Shown: in pieces, positions 10,891 to 22,964 of the stretch
Layout: every line of letters begins with the position of its first letter
How positions within the stretch are numbered: position 1 is the stretch's first letter
Source of the DNA: Thraustochytrium aureum
Taxonomy: Eukaryota
Assembly (NCBI GenBank): GCA_012862495.1
Contig: BLSG01000449.1
Coordinates: forward strand, 29,504-93,464
Length of the DNA: 63,961 nucleotides
Direction: 5' to 3'
Notes under the pieces: model-generated
What the model was told of the DNA's origin: nothing
What the model saw: only the letters and a program-made list of their open reading frames with translations
Database searches by the model: none
Program-made: the position numbers and the translations under genes

Positions 10891-11399
10891 GCCGGCTGGT
10901 CCGGAATGGCGCGCCTGTCTCCTCCAGCGGCTCCAACCAAGATGGTTGCAAGTTGGTGTTGGACGGCAAGCAATACGAACGGTGCGAACGAGGGCGATGC
11001 AGCGCCGATCGGCGGCGCATACATAGGCCTGCACTCCGGCACGCTCCAGAAGCGGGAAGCTCGCTGAGGAAGCGATACGGTCCGGTCAATACTAAACAAA
11101 ACACTCGCCCACTCGCTGCTTTCGTTCTCTTCTCGTGCCGCGGAGGCTCGCCAGGGCCAGCCAGCGCAAGCCAAGCACAACCCCCGCCTGCGCGCTCGCG
11201 CAACCTCCGACGTCGCGGCGGTCGTTGCGAGAAACCGTCGGCGGCACGCTCGAAATGACCATCGTCAGAGTCCTCGTGGAGCCCCTCGTCTGTGGTGCGC
11301 CCCGCGCCCACGCACGCACGCGAGGTCCCGCTAGGCGCTATCGAGGCCGTCTCGCAGCACGTCGAGGTCCGCCAGGGCGAGGCGCCCGAGGCTGCTGCC

Positions 11400-12914
11400 A
11401 TGCTGCAAGACCAGGCGGGCCTGGCCATCGCCACGGCGCTCGTCGCGTTCGTCCAAGTGGCGCGCTGGGTGGCCTGGGCACTGGCTGGCGCGCTTGGCGC
11501 TGTCCTGGCCGCGGCCGCGGTTGGCGCAGGCGTGAGCGCCGCGAAGGCGTGGGACAGGCCGCGAAAGTGGCTGGCGTGGGTGGCGAGGGCGCCGAGGACC
11601 AAGGTCGTGCTCTGGACGGCCTGGACACTCGACCGCGGCGTGGCGCTCGGCAGGCGGGCCCTTGGTGCGCAGGGCGCAGACGGATGGACTGTCGGGAGTG
11701 CTGTTCGGCAAGGTGTCGAGCTCGCTGCCCAGTCCAAGTGCGGCGCCGACGACGTGTTCAAGGACAAGACGCATGAGACAGGGCTTGCCCTGTGCCTGGC
11801 CGATTTCGCGGAGTCCGACGAGTTTTCTGTGTTTCGCAAGGTGATCCCGTTCGGGCGGATACTGCAAAAGAAACTGTGCCTCGAGGCGCTCGTGCGGCGG
11901 GCCAATTTAGACGACGCCCCGCTCCCACGACCGGTCTTCATTGTCAGCCTCCCGCGCACCGGGTCGACCTGGCTGCACAACCTCTGTGCCGCAGATCCGG
12001 CGGCGCGCACGCTCAAGAGCTGGGAACTCAAGTACCCCGTCCCGTGCACGCCGGACTGCGGACCAAGCCCTGCTGAGCGGCAAGCTTTCACCAAGAAGAC
12101 CATGGAGGGGCTGTACAAACTGGTCCCGCGACTCCAGGCGATCCACCACGTCCGGTTCGACGAGCCAGACGAGTGCGTCATGGGGCTTGTCGACTGCTTT
12201 TTCCCCGAGCACTGCGCCTGGGGCATGCTCGACATGCCCCGCACCTATCAGTACTACACGCAGCAGTCCATGGTTGCGCAGTTTTCCAACTACAACGACC
12301 TCCTGCGCGCAGTGCTCCACCAAGACCAACAAGCCGATAGCGGCACCGAGCGTTTCGACAAGCTCGTGCTCAAGAGCCCGCACCACCTGCTCAAGCTGCG
12401 CGACATTGCCGAGGTGTTCCCGACCGCGGTTTTCCTGTGGATCCACAGGGACCCGGCAAGCGCGGTGGCCTCGTGCTGCTCGATGAACGAAGCCGTCCTC
12501 GACATGCTGTCGCCCTTTTACGTGGACCGGCAAGCCCTTGGCGCACGGACTCTTGCGCGCCTCGCCGCGGCTGCCAAGCAGGGCCTGGAACAGCGCCGCG
12601 CGCTGGAAGCAGACCCGGCTAGCGCAGTCCGGTTCGTCGACCTCGGCCTTGCCCAGCTCAAGGCCGATCCGGTGAGCGCTATCAAGTCTGCCTACGCAGC
12701 GGCGGGGCTCGATTTCTCGGCGTCTTTCGTGGAGGCGCTCGAGGCCAAGCTCGCGCAGGCCAAGGCTCTCAAGCTTTCGAAGGCGAGTGCGCAGGGGCTT
12801 TCGGCGGCGGCGCCGACCAGGCATGACTATGACCTGGCCGCGTACGGGCTGTCGGCGCGAGGCGTGCACGGTGCCTTTGAGGACTACCTGAGCGAGTATG
12901 CCTCGCTCCTGTGA
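11400..12914 (+). CDS. Sulfotransferase (Sulfotransfer_3 / bacterial Stf-like) with N-terminal hydrophobic anchor
   Basis: 5'-PSB loop PVFIVSLPRTGSTWLHNL, LVLKSPHH and 3'-PB motif WIHRDP..V.S. First in-frame ATG is at 11400. Confidence 0.88.
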   Translation: MLQDQAGLAIATALVAFVQVARWVAWALAGALGAVLAAAAVGAGVSAAKAWDRPRKWLAWVARAPRTKVVLWTAWTLDRGVALGRRALGAQGADGWTVGSAVRQGVELAAQSKCGADDVFKDKTHETGLALCLADFAESDEFSVFRKVIPFGRILQKKLCLEALVRRANLDDAPLPRPVFIVSLPRTGSTWLHNLCAADPAARTLKSWELKYPVPCTPDCGPSPAERQAFTKKTMEGLYKLVPRLQAIHHVRFDEPDECVMGLVDCFFPEHCAWGMLDMPRTYQYYTQQSMVAQFSNYNDLLRAVLHQDQQADSGTERFDKLVLKSPHHLLKLRDIAEVFPTAVFLWIHRDPASAVASCCSMNEAVLDMLSPFYVDRQALGARTLARLAAAAKQGLEQRRALEADPASAVRFVDLGLAQLKADPVSAIKSAYAAAGLDFSASFVEALEAKLAQAKALKLSKASAQGLSAAAPTRHDYDLAAYGLSARGVHGAFEDYLSEYASLL

Positions 12915-13286
12915 AAATGGCCGAGGCACCGACTGCCCNNNNNNNNNNNNNNNNNNNNNNNNNNNNNNNNNNNNNNNNNNNNNNNNNNNNNNNNNNNNNN
13001 NNNNNNNNNNNNNNNNNNNNNNNNNNNNNNNNNNNNNNNNNNNNNNNNNNNNNNNNNNNNNNNNNNNNNNNNNNNNNNNNNNNNNNNNNNNNNNNNNNNN
13101 NNNNNNNNNNNNNNNNNNNNNNNNNNNNNNNNNNNNNNNNNNNNNNNNNNNNNNNNNNNNNNNNNNNNNNNNNNNNNNNNNNNNNNNNNNNNNNNNNNNN
13201 NNNNNNNNNNNNNNNNNNNNNNNNNNNNNNNNNNNNNNNNNNNNNNNNNNNNNNNNNNNNNNNNNCGATCCATCAGGTCTTGCTGC

Positions 13287-15733
13287 TCAAAACTGCGGGC
13301 AGGTCTCGTAGCCGGCCCAGATAGCGCTGGCGTGGTTGCCGACCGAGCAAGGCAGCGCAAAGCGCGCAAAGCTGCTGGCGAAGACAAGCGAGATGATGGC
13401 CATGAGCTTCATGAGGATGTTGAGCGCGGGGCCGGACGTGTCCTTGAGCGGGTCGCCCACGGTGTCGCCGACGACAGCGGCCTTGTGGTTCTCCGAGCCC
13501 TTGCCGCCGAGCTTGCCGGACTCGATGTACTTCTTGGCGTTGTCCCAAGCGCCACCGGTGTTGGAGGCCGACAGGGCAAGCTGCACGGACGAGACGAGCG
13601 AGCCGGCGAGCATGCCAGAGAGGCATGCACGCCAAAGAGGTAGCCGGTGAGGATGGGGCTGAGCATGACGAGCGCGCCCGGGGCGATCATCTCGCGGAGC
13701 GAGGCCTTGGTGGAGATCTCGACGCAGCGCTTGTAGTCCGGCTTGCCGGTGCCCTCCATGATGCCCTCGATGGTGCGGAACTGGTGGCGGACCTCCTCGA
13801 CCATGGCCTGAGCGGCAATACCGACGCTCTTCATGGTCATGGCGCTAAACCAGTACGGAAGCATGGCACCAATGAGCAGGAACGCAAAGGTGATGGGCTG
13901 CAGCACGTTGACCGAAGGCGGCACGCTGAGCGCGAGGCTGACGCGGGTGATGTAGGCGCCAAAGAGCGCGAGCGACACGAGCGCAGCGGATCCGATGGCG
14001 AAGCCCTTGCCGATGGCGGCCGTGGTGTTGCCGGCGGCGTCGAGGGTGTCGGTGATGGCGCGGATGTCCTCGCCGAGCTCGGCCATCTCAGCGATACCAC
14101 CGGCGTTGTCGCAGATCGGGCCGTAGGCGTCGATGGTGAGGCCGATGGCGAGCGAGCTGAGCATGCCCAGGGCGGCGAGAGCCACACCGTAGAGGCTGCA
14201 CAGGTAGAACGAAGCGAAGACAGTGAGGGCGAGCAGGAGGACGGGGATGATGGCCGACTTGTAGCCGAGCGCCAGGCCGTAGATGATGAGGGTCGCCGCG
14301 CCGGTGTTGGAGGACTCGGCCACCTCGCGGACGGGGCGGTACGAGTGGCTCGTGTAGTACTCGGTGATGAGGCCGGTAAAGAGGCCAGACCAGAGGCCGC
14401 AGAGGATGCAGACAAAGGCGCCCTGCCAGGTGTGGGTGGAGGTGACGCCGGCGCCAATCTCGAAAAACTCAAACTCGGAGGGCAGGAAGAGCCACGACAT
14501 GAGGGCGAGGATCGGGGTGATGATCACGGTGGACGCGATGAGCTGCGTCTTGAGCACGGGCTCGACGTCCTTGCCGCTCTTCACGGGCTTGATGTTGGTG
14601 GCGATGAACGAGGTGAGGATGCAGGCCAGGATGCCCACAGCGCTGATGAGGAGCGGGAAGAGCATGGTAGCGTAGCTGTTCTGGAGCTGGATCGAGTTGG
14701 CAGAGAGCACGAGAGCGGCGCAGGTCGACTCGGCAAAGCTGCCAAACAGGTCGGCGCCCATGCCGGCAATGTCGCCCACGTTGTCGCCCACGTTGTCGGC
14801 GATGGTGGCCGGGTTGCGGGGGTCGTCCTCCGGGATGTTCTTCTCGACCTTGCCGACCAAGTCGGCGCCGACGTCGGCAGCCTTGGTGTAGATGCCGCCA
14901 CCGACGCGGCCGAACAGGGCGATCGACGAGCCGCCGAGGCCATAGCCAGCGACGGCCTCGAACAGGATCAGGTAGGCCGGAGCGTTGGTGGTGACCTCGC
15001 CGACAAAGTAGAGCTTGTAGAGCGCCACGATGATGAAGAGGACCAGCAGGGCAAGCGAGGAGAGCGCAAAGCCCATGACAGCGCCGCCGCGGAAGGCGGC
15101 GTTGAAGGCGCGGGTCCAGCCGTCCGGGCGGCGCGTCGCCTCAACGGTCGTGCGGACGTTGGTGTACACGGCGACCATCATGCCGATGTAGCCCGACACC
15201 ATCGAGGTCACGCCGCCGATCAGGAAGGCAAGCAGGGTGAAGCCGGCGTCGGCCCAGCATGAGCCGGGCTGGGCCTTCTCGCCAAACTCGGCCTCGCCGC
15301 ACGTGTTGGCCGTGCCGAGGAGCACGAGCAGCAGAGCGCCAAAGCAGACCAGGAACAGGCAGCAGATCTTGTACTCGGCGTAGAGGAAGCTCTTGGCGCC
15401 GAGCTGGATCGCGGTGGAGATGTCGACGAGCTTCTTCTGGCGGGACTCGCCGCCCATGGCGGCGTCGTCGTAGTTGACGAGGCTCTCATCCGAGGTCTCG
15501 AGCTCGAGGCTGATCTTCTTGATCGCCAGGAACTGAAAGCCGGCAAACAGCAGGCCGATCACAGCGGACAGGACGATCACCACCATGGCTGCGGTGTCGG
15601 CGCCGTCGCTCGAGGTCAGCTCCATGGCCTTGGTCTCGAACGTCGAGTTGCCGAGCTGCAGGACGAGCTCGTCGTCGTGGGGGCCCTCATGGAGCCGGCG
15701 TGCGAGCTGCACGAGCATGAAGCGGTCGCCCAT
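13287..15733 (-). CDS. VP1: Membrane H+-translocating pyrophosphatase (V-PPase, K+-dependent type); 1-nt frameshift at ~13622
   Basis: [40 protein letters not shown] (Ala = K+-dependent determinant). The C-terminal [12 protein letters not shown] and [14 protein letters not shown] motifs lie in the shifted frame (ORF 13287..13613). Confidence 0.97.
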
Positions 15734-17733
15734 CTTCCGTGCACGCTGTCCTTGCTGGGTGGTTTCTGCTGATCCTGCTCTCACAGTCTGTGCTGTGGGC
15801 TAATGGGTGGCTCGTTCGGGGTCTGGATGGCTGCGGACCAAACCAATCCGTCGTCAACTCCATTGGTGCATCAGTCTTTCTGTCCGTCTGTCATGCAATT
15901 TCGCCAGCACTCATCACCACTCGCCAATTGATGAAAAAAAACAAAAAAAAACAATCAGACCAACAACAACTAAGTACAACAAAAAATAAAAAATACAACT
16001 GAATAAAAAAGCACTTTCTGTTCCTTTTTACAATCGACTTTTTCGCGTGATTTATTGCTCACTCGTTTTCGAGCGGCCTTTGCAGCCCTCGCGAGGAGCA
16101 TGCGGTCGCCCACGCCGCCGTGAGTGGGGCATGCGGTGCGTGGCGCCATCGGCTCACACAGAGGCGCGAGAGGGGGGTGGAGTGGGCACCCCACAGACAG
16201 AGCAACTGAGTGAGAGCGACAGAGTGATAGAGTGATAGAGTAAGAGAGAGGGGCTGAAATATCCATTTCCCTGCACACTCGCAAGTCCACAAGGCGCGGA
16301 GAGAGGCCGTTTGCTCCTGACACTCCCCTTCACATCGCTTCGCGCGCCGCTCACAACCGGTCAGAGGCGGGTCAGAAACAGCGATGGGTCGGCTCCAGCC
16401 CAACCACCGCCTCCCTCCCTCCCTCCCTCCCTCCCTCCCTCTCTCCAACTAGGGCTGGAAGAGCGAGCAAAGTAAAAACACCAAGACTCTAGAGAAAGGC
16501 AGCGAGAATCCGGCTGAGGCAGCAGAGGAAAACCGATAAGCGAACAGAGGAGGGAAGGCGAGGCTTGTAAAATAAAAGAAGTGAAAAAGGGACAGCAGGC
16601 CGCCTGCGAGTGACTGCAAGGAGGCAAGAATGAATGCAATGCACGTCGCCCCAGAACGCCCCTGTTGCACTGCATTCCTCGCGCGAGCGTCGCCCGAGCA
16701 GGCGTCGCGCGAGCGCCGAGCTAGGGAGTGAGTAAGTACTCACTCTGGTATCGCGGTCAGTCGATCCGCAGAGCCATCCATTTCTCTGCGCTCTGCGCGT
16801 GTCTGAGACGGAAAGGGCACCTTTACTTGCCTGGCGCTCGCTCGAGTTGTCGACCGTGGACTTCCTTCTTGCGCGGAGAAGAGGGAGTGGGGTTGATCTG
16901 CTGGAGTTTCCTTTCTGGTCTGCGGCGGCGGCTGCTGCTCCGTTGTTGGCTGCGGACGCCGTCCGTCCGTCGAGCGCTCGCTGCCTCTCGGCTGCCTCTC
17001 GGCTGCCTCTCGGATGACTCGCGCTCGCTCGCATTGAAGAGGACGGAAGAGTGAGCGGAGTGCACGCACGCGAAGAAGAAAGAAAGGAGCCCACAGTTGT
17101 TGCCTCCCGCATGGATACGGGGGTAATCGGTGATTCACTGCAAAGATACCGCTGGAGCAGCCCACTGCGATGCTCGCCAATTTGAAATCAGCGAGCTTGA
17201 GGGCCGCCGTATGCTGTGTCAAGGTGGCGCCGGTGCGAGGAAGGAGAAAGCCGGCAGGCCCCGCCGCTGTCCGATCACGTGGAGCCACCCATTCGTGGGC
17301 GGACACGAAACCCATGTCAGTGATGAGTTCGCGTGCAATCAACACGCTGACGCGCGCGATGCATTCCGAGGAAATGCTGACGCGCGCGACGCATTCCGAT
17401 CACATCCCAATTTTTAGAGGGCAGAGCGCCTCAACAGCGGGAAATTAATGCGTTATCAAAGAGCCGTTCGGATCCCTGAAGAGGCTCTGGCTTCAAGAGG
17501 GTCTCAATTCTCCTTCCCTGACTTGCTCGCCGCACCAGTTTCAGCAGTTGCACGAATCGTTCTACTCACAAAAGAGAGAAGAATCGTTTTCACACGAGCC
17601 AGACTCTCAACGCGCACGCGGCCGCCAGGGCCGGGCACCGCGCGGCGGCCCGGCGCTTCGAGGCGCCGCCGAAACCACAGCCTGAAAACGAATCAGAGCA
17701 GCTGGCACCTGAAAACGAATCACTGGCAGAGGC

Positions 17734-19158
17734 ATGAGCGCTACCGCGCAGGACGCCGCGGAAGACGGCGACGCTGATGCCGTCCCAAGCGCTGACAACG
17801 CTGGCCCACTTGCCAGCACCGTGCTGCAAGACATGCGCCATCTTGGGGGCGGCCTGCTCAGCCGCGCGCTGCCGGACGCGATGGTGGTTTTCCTTCTGGT
17901 TGGCGTTTACACCGCCTACAAGGTGAAGGTCAACTCTGAGCCGACGGTTGTGGACAACATGCTCGCCATGGTCGGTATCCTCGGGATTCCCTTCGGCTCT
18001 GGGCTCGTGTCAACAAACGCGCGACTCAACTGTATCTCCCGCTTTGCACGTGTGTCGGGAATCGCGAGCGCTCAAGGCATCTTCTTGCTTGTCCAGTATA
18101 GTTTGCACGACCGGGTGGGACCCTTCTTCGCGATTCTTGCCAGCTACGCAAGTTCCTGGGCAGGGGGGGCGTTCCTTATTTCGGTCTTTATCCTCGCCGA
18201 TTCTGGCGCGGGCATTGCAAAGACCCTTTGTGCCGCAACTTTCCTCGGGATCAACAGTGCGTTTTCCCAGCAGCTCTGCACAATGTACTTTACCCTCTCC
18301 ACCGTCCTCCGAGACAGGGAATGGTACTTTTCGTTTGCGCTCACTGGCGTGGCTTACCCATCCCTGGCCGCCTTTACAGGGAAGGTGATTGTCGTCGAGG
18401 TGGGCACTGCCATCTTTCTCAACAACTTGCCGGGCCTTTCTGAGCGGTGTACAATCCGCGCGTTTGCGGCGCTTGCCGAGATCTCCTTCATCCTGCCCGG
18501 CGAACTCGGCATCCTCGACATTGAGTCCTTCCAGGCCTTCCTCTTTGCGGTGTTGGGGTCGTTTGTGGCCGATATGGCTGGACTCGTGTTGACGCTCAAG
18601 CTGGTGGACAGGTTTGGGTCTCGGCTCTCGGCCTTCGCCGTCGGGGGGGCTCAGACGAAATCAAAGGTTCTGAAAGAGGGCTCATCCCGCGTTGCGCAGC
18701 TCGGAGCACGGCATTCGTTCGCGACGAGTTCGGTCGCCCCGCTGTCCAGGGTTGATGCAGGTAGTGAGATCTGGCTCAGCATGACTCCGCACGAGCGGCG
18801 CTGCTTTTTGTACTCTGAGTTTCTCGCGACACAGCGGCTGATCTGGCTTGCTTCGCCGATTTGCGCCGTGATGCTCTCGGTTGCCAAGGGCCACCAGCGG
18901 CCATCGAACAACGCCTCTTGGTGGGGCTTCGCGCATCGTGGGCTCGTTGTGTGGATTGCCGGGGTCGCCTCCGACCTGGTAAAACGGCGCATTCTTTTGC
19001 GCCAAGCTGGGCTCAACGTCACGCAAATCCGCATGCACCGGAATGACTTGCAGAACATGGTCGGCAACGGGGCTGCAGTCGCGTCTGTTTGCAGTGCCGC
19101 GCTGACCGGGGCGTTCCTGGCACGCCAGCCAGAGCTTTGCTCTGCTGCGTGTACCTAG
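17734..19158 (+). CDS. Uncharacterised multi-pass membrane protein
   Basis: 474-aa ATG-initiated ORF with many hydrophobic segments; no recognisable motif. Confidence 0.65.
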   Translation: MSATAQDAAEDGDADAVPSADNAGPLASTVLQDMRHLGGGLLSRALPDAMVVFLLVGVYTAYKVKVNSEPTVVDNMLAMVGILGIPFGSGLVSTNARLNCISRFARVSGIASAQGIFLLVQYSLHDRVGPFFAILASYASSWAGGAFLISVFILADSGAGIAKTLCAATFLGINSAFSQQLCTMYFTLSTVLRDREWYFSFALTGVAYPSLAAFTGKVIVVEVGTAIFLNNLPGLSERCTIRAFAALAEISFILPGELGILDIESFQAFLFAVLGSFVADMAGLVLTLKLVDRFGSRLSAFAVGGAQTKSKVLKEGSSRVAQLGARHSFATSSVAPLSRVDAGSEIWLSMTPHERRCFLYSEFLATQRLIWLASPICAVMLSVAKGHQRPSNNASWWGFAHRGLVVWIAGVASDLVKRRILLRQAGLNVTQIRMHRNDLQNMVGNGAAVASVCSAALTGAFLARQPELCSAACT

Positions 19159-19792
19159 CTTGAGCCAACCCGATCCGAGCACAGCTGCCTTTCGCTCGCG
19201 CTCGGCTCGCGTCCGCCTCGGAAAGCCGAAAGCGAGCCAGCGCGGAGGCGCGCGACGAGCCGACCTGCGCGGGCGGGGGGTGGGCCACGTGCTGCGGGCA
19301 TGTGGCGAAGGCCGTCCTCTGAGACTGACTACTTTGACAGATCATCTGTCCCGTCGTGGCCCCGGTCGCCGCTTGGTGCGCCAGCTGCAGCAGGCATTCT
19401 CTTTCGAGGTGGCGCCACCAGCGAGCTCTAGCTCTGCATACTAATTAGAGTACTCTAACATAAGACACATCCACCCCAACAACGCGCGCGGATTCCAGGC
19501 CATTCACCTCGCACTTGAAGCGCCAGGACCATGCGCCTTGCACAAGCGCCAGATGATGGTCGCCAGGCCTCTGTGGAGCGAGAGTCGTGCGTGCGGAGCG
19601 GCCGAGGGAGGGAGGGTGGCCTAGTGCGCAGCTCGCTCCGTGGCCAAGGTGAAAAAAACCAACCAACTCGCTCGAAGAAAATGCGACGACGGTTGCAGGT
19701 TTGCCCAGAGCACAACGCAGAGCCTGATCGAGGAATCACTTGCAAGCGACGCCCGCCCATCGCACCGGCACAGGACTCCGACGGCGGCAGAA

Positions 19793-20530
19793 ATGGTAAG
19801 TTGTCGCGCCGCCCGCCGTGCCGTCCGCCGTGCCGTCCGCCGTGCCTCGGCCGGCGCAACTGGAGGCGGCCGGTCTTGATCCCCGCGGCGCCAAGCGAGG
19901 GTTTGGCCTCCCTGCCCGCGCCATTGCACAGCAGGGCTCGGCAGGCGGGACGCTGCGCTGGCTAACGAACGCGGTGCGCGGGGGACAGGCGGAAGCGGCT
20001 GGCGACAAGGGCGCGGTCAACCAGGAAGAACAGGACTTGAGCGTGTTTGTAAGTGGTGTGCTGCGCCGACCGCTGCGGAGGGGCTTTGTGCGTCGCTGAC
20101 TCGGCGCGGCGCGCTAACGACCACCACTCTTGCTGCCTCTCGTTCGGTCGCCCGCGCAAACACGCAGGTCCAAAACCTCCTGTCGCAAATGGTACGTGTT
20201 GCGGTTGGCGGTGCTGGGCTCGCCCGGCATGACCGTCCGGCATGACCGTCCGGCCAGGCCTGCTGCTTGCTCGCGACGTATTTTGCTCGAGATGCTCACA
20301 TCGGGCCACCTGCGCAGCAATCGAGATTTCAGCAGATGAGCGAGGCCATCGTGACTCGCATCGACGAGATGGGCGACCGCATTGACGGCCTGGAAAAGTC
20401 AATCACCGACTTGATGCACCAGGCCGGCGTCGAGGGCGATGGCGCTCTGGCCGGGACCGGGACGATGTCCGACGAGCGGGCCACAGGGATCGAGGACGAG
20501 GAGCACGAAGCTGCCCCGGAAGCCAACTGA
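19793..20530 (+). CDS. HSBP1: Heat shock factor-binding protein 1; 4 coding exons (19793-19795, 19989-20048, 20168-20191, 20318-20530)
   Basis: Spliced product [66 protein letters not shown]... matches the HSBP1 consensus. Donors GTAAGT/GTAAGT/GTACGT, branch sites GCTAAC/GCTAAC/GCTCAC, CAG acceptors, all phase 0. Confidence 0.93.
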
Positions 20531-20722
20531 GTTTGTGGGCCTGCTAGCCAATAACAACAATGCCTATTCCGCTTTCCTTCACGCCAACTCTACAGACCCA
20601 CAGGTTGCCCCCAGGCCATGCAGCGCTCTCAACGCGGCCGCGCCGGCAGGTAGGCCAGTCATGTGCCGGCCACCCGGAGATGCTCGCACGGTGCGCGAGG
20701 GGGAAACGAAGACCGTGACGCG

Positions 20723-21631
20723 CTACACTTCACGCAGCAGCGCGTCGAGCTCCGACGTGTACGCGTCGAGCTGGGCCTCTAACTCGCAAACGCCGTCGAG
20801 CTCTTCATCCAATACCAACGCAGCTGCGTCGCACGAGCGCGTGAGCTGGCTCGCGATCTCGCACTCAATATCCTGGCCGACCTGAAGCGCCGCGATCTGC
20901 CTCCGGATCGCCTCTGTCGAAAGGTTGCCCCCTTGAATGACTTGGCAGCCTTGCATGGCTTTCTGGCATATCGCTTCTGCTTTGGCGTCCGCCTGTCGAG
21001 GAGGGCCGCGTTTAAAGATGCTCCCTTCCCCACACCACCGGTCCGAAGCGCCAAGCCCGGACCGGGGCGTCAACGGCCACCTTGGCGAGTATTCTGCTAC
21101 ATTGAGCGCGGCCTGCTGCAGCAGCGTCTCTGCCGCGGCCTGCGCAGCCTTTTCGCTTTCGAGCCGCATCGCCTCGACCCGGGCCTGGCGCTCTCGTTGC
21201 CAGGCCCCGAGCCCCGTCAAGGCCGAGTTCATATCAGCAAGGAGCGTGCGATCTTGGTCCGGGAATGAGGCCGGGACCCAGGCCTCGGTGGCGCTCAACT
21301 CTTGCAGGCATGCTGCTAAAACGTCTTCGCTATCGCTGCAGGCAGGCGCGTCGAGCATTTTGCGCTTGCTCTTGCCGTGCCGGCGAGCCTTTGCGGCGTT
21401 GGCCTTGCATGGCTTGTGCAGGTCACTCTCCACCCGCGCGTCGATGGTGTCCGTCGGGCTCAACTCGGTCTGCGATGACGCTGCTGTCCTTGGTCTGGCC
21501 GCTTCGCTCCAGCGCGCAGCACCTGGTGTGTTATCCTCTCGTGCCTTGGCTTCGTCGGTCTCTGTGCCGTTTTGTTGCTCGTCGTTGCGTCGCCTCAGAG
21601 ACAAAACGTCCAAAACCCTTGCCTGCGCCAT
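20723..21631 (-). CDS. Uncharacterised coiled-coil protein (weak by-eye resemblance to the kinetochore protein Dsn1 C-terminus)
   Basis: 302-aa ORF with an acidic heptad-like C-terminus (DAAALVLDEELDGVCELEAQLDAYTSELD); start uncertain. Confidence 0.55.
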   Translation of the reverse strand: MAQARVLDVLSLRRRNDEQQNGTETDEAKAREDNTPGAARWSEAARPRTAASSQTELSPTDTIDARVESDLHKPCKANAAKARRHGKSKRKMLDAPACSDSEDVLAACLQELSATEAWVPASFPDQDRTLLADMNSALTGLGAWQRERQARVEAMRLESEKAAQAAAETLLQQAALNVAEYSPRWPLTPRSGLGASDRWCGEGSIFKRGPPRQADAKAEAICQKAMQGCQVIQGGNLSTEAIRRQIAALQVGQDIECEIASQLTRSCDAAALVLDEELDGVCELEAQLDAYTSELDALLREV

Positions 21632-21994
21632 TCTGCAACGCTAAAAGCGAGCCAAAGCGGCCAGCGAGGCGGCCGGCAGGCAGCCTGGCCGGCCGGCTCG
21701 CTGCCTGGCTGGCTGGACGGCGGCCCGCCAAACTGGCGGACCCAAAGCGCAGCTTGCCAAGGCCGGTCCCGTTCCTACTTCACCTGGGTTGGCAGCAGCA
21801 GCGTTGTTCGCCAAAACCACGCGCTCGCCGCAGACCGAATCTGAGCGCAGCACCGCAAAGCGTGCGTCCAAGCACACGTCGCTTGCAAGCGTTCACCAAC
21901 CGACGCTTCATGCAACGAGCCGTGCCAGCAGCCCAAACTGGGTCGAGCGCCGCGTCGCGCGTGCGTGAGTAGCGTCCTTCGAAGGACGTGGGCG

Positions 21995-22064
21995 GCGTGC
22001 GTGCGGCGTGCGTGCGTGCGGCGTGCGTGCGTGCGGCGTGCGTGCGTGCGGCGTGCGTGCGTGC
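21995..22064. repeat. (GCGT)n-based 15-bp tandem repeat
   Basis: gcgtgcgtgcggcgt units. Confidence 0.85.
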
Positions 22065-22964
22065 TTATGTGCTTATGTGGGTATCGTTCGTGCGTTTGTG
22101 CGCGCGTTTGTGCGTGCGTGCCAGGCGGGCGTGTTTGTGCGTTTGCCTGCGTACGTGCCTGCGTGCTTGTGCGGATGGCGTGCATGCGTCAAAGCCGGGA
22201 GCTCCAGCAACCTCGACCTTTCAGGCCGCCGAGCCAACGCCAATCCGCAGCCAGCCCTGCGCGCCCAGCGTCGCGGCTCCACCTCGGGTCAAACAACGTC
22301 TAAACTGGTCTCAGCATCGCAATCGCAATAGTTCCGTTGGGATCGGACGCACTCAGTTAGGTTTTCTGTCAGGGCAACCCCGTAATGCGCTCCGCCCCCG
22401 GCCCTACCTCCCAGTCCTTCGGTTAAACCCTCCCTCTTTAAAGATTCGCCGGCCGCAACTGCCTTGCGGCGCATCACTCTCCCCTCGCGGTCCAGTCCGC
22501 ACAGCCCACCTCACCTGGCTCTACCCGCGCCTTCTGGTCGGGCTCCGCAGTGGCGTCCAAGGTGAAGCTTCGAAGGCAACGGCGGATTCGGCCAAACAGG
22601 CGCCGCTGAGGTGTAGTAAAGCCCGGGCACGGTGGTTGCAGAGCGGAGGGAGAGAGAGAGGAGGGAGAGGAGGNNNNNNNNNNNNNNNNNNNNNNNNNNN
22701 NNNNNNNNNNNNNNNNNNNNNNNNNNNNNNNNNNNNNNNNNNNNNNNNNNNNNNNNNNNNNNNNNNNNNNNNNNNNNNNNNNNNNNNNNNNNNNNNNNNN
22801 NNNNNNNNNNNNNNNNNNNNNNNNNNNNNNNNNNNNNNNNNNNNNNNNNNNNNNNNNNNNNNNNNNNNNNNNNNNNNNNNNNNNNNNNNNNNNNNNNNNN
22901 NNNNNNNNNNNNNNNNNNNNNNNNNNNNNNNNNNNCGCCTGATCCGAGTTGCGCGCAGACGTGC

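Noticed and set aside
16727..16746. GAGTGAGTA-AG-TACTCACTC inverted repeat
   Set aside because: A single 9-bp stem with no supporting ncRNA or transposon context
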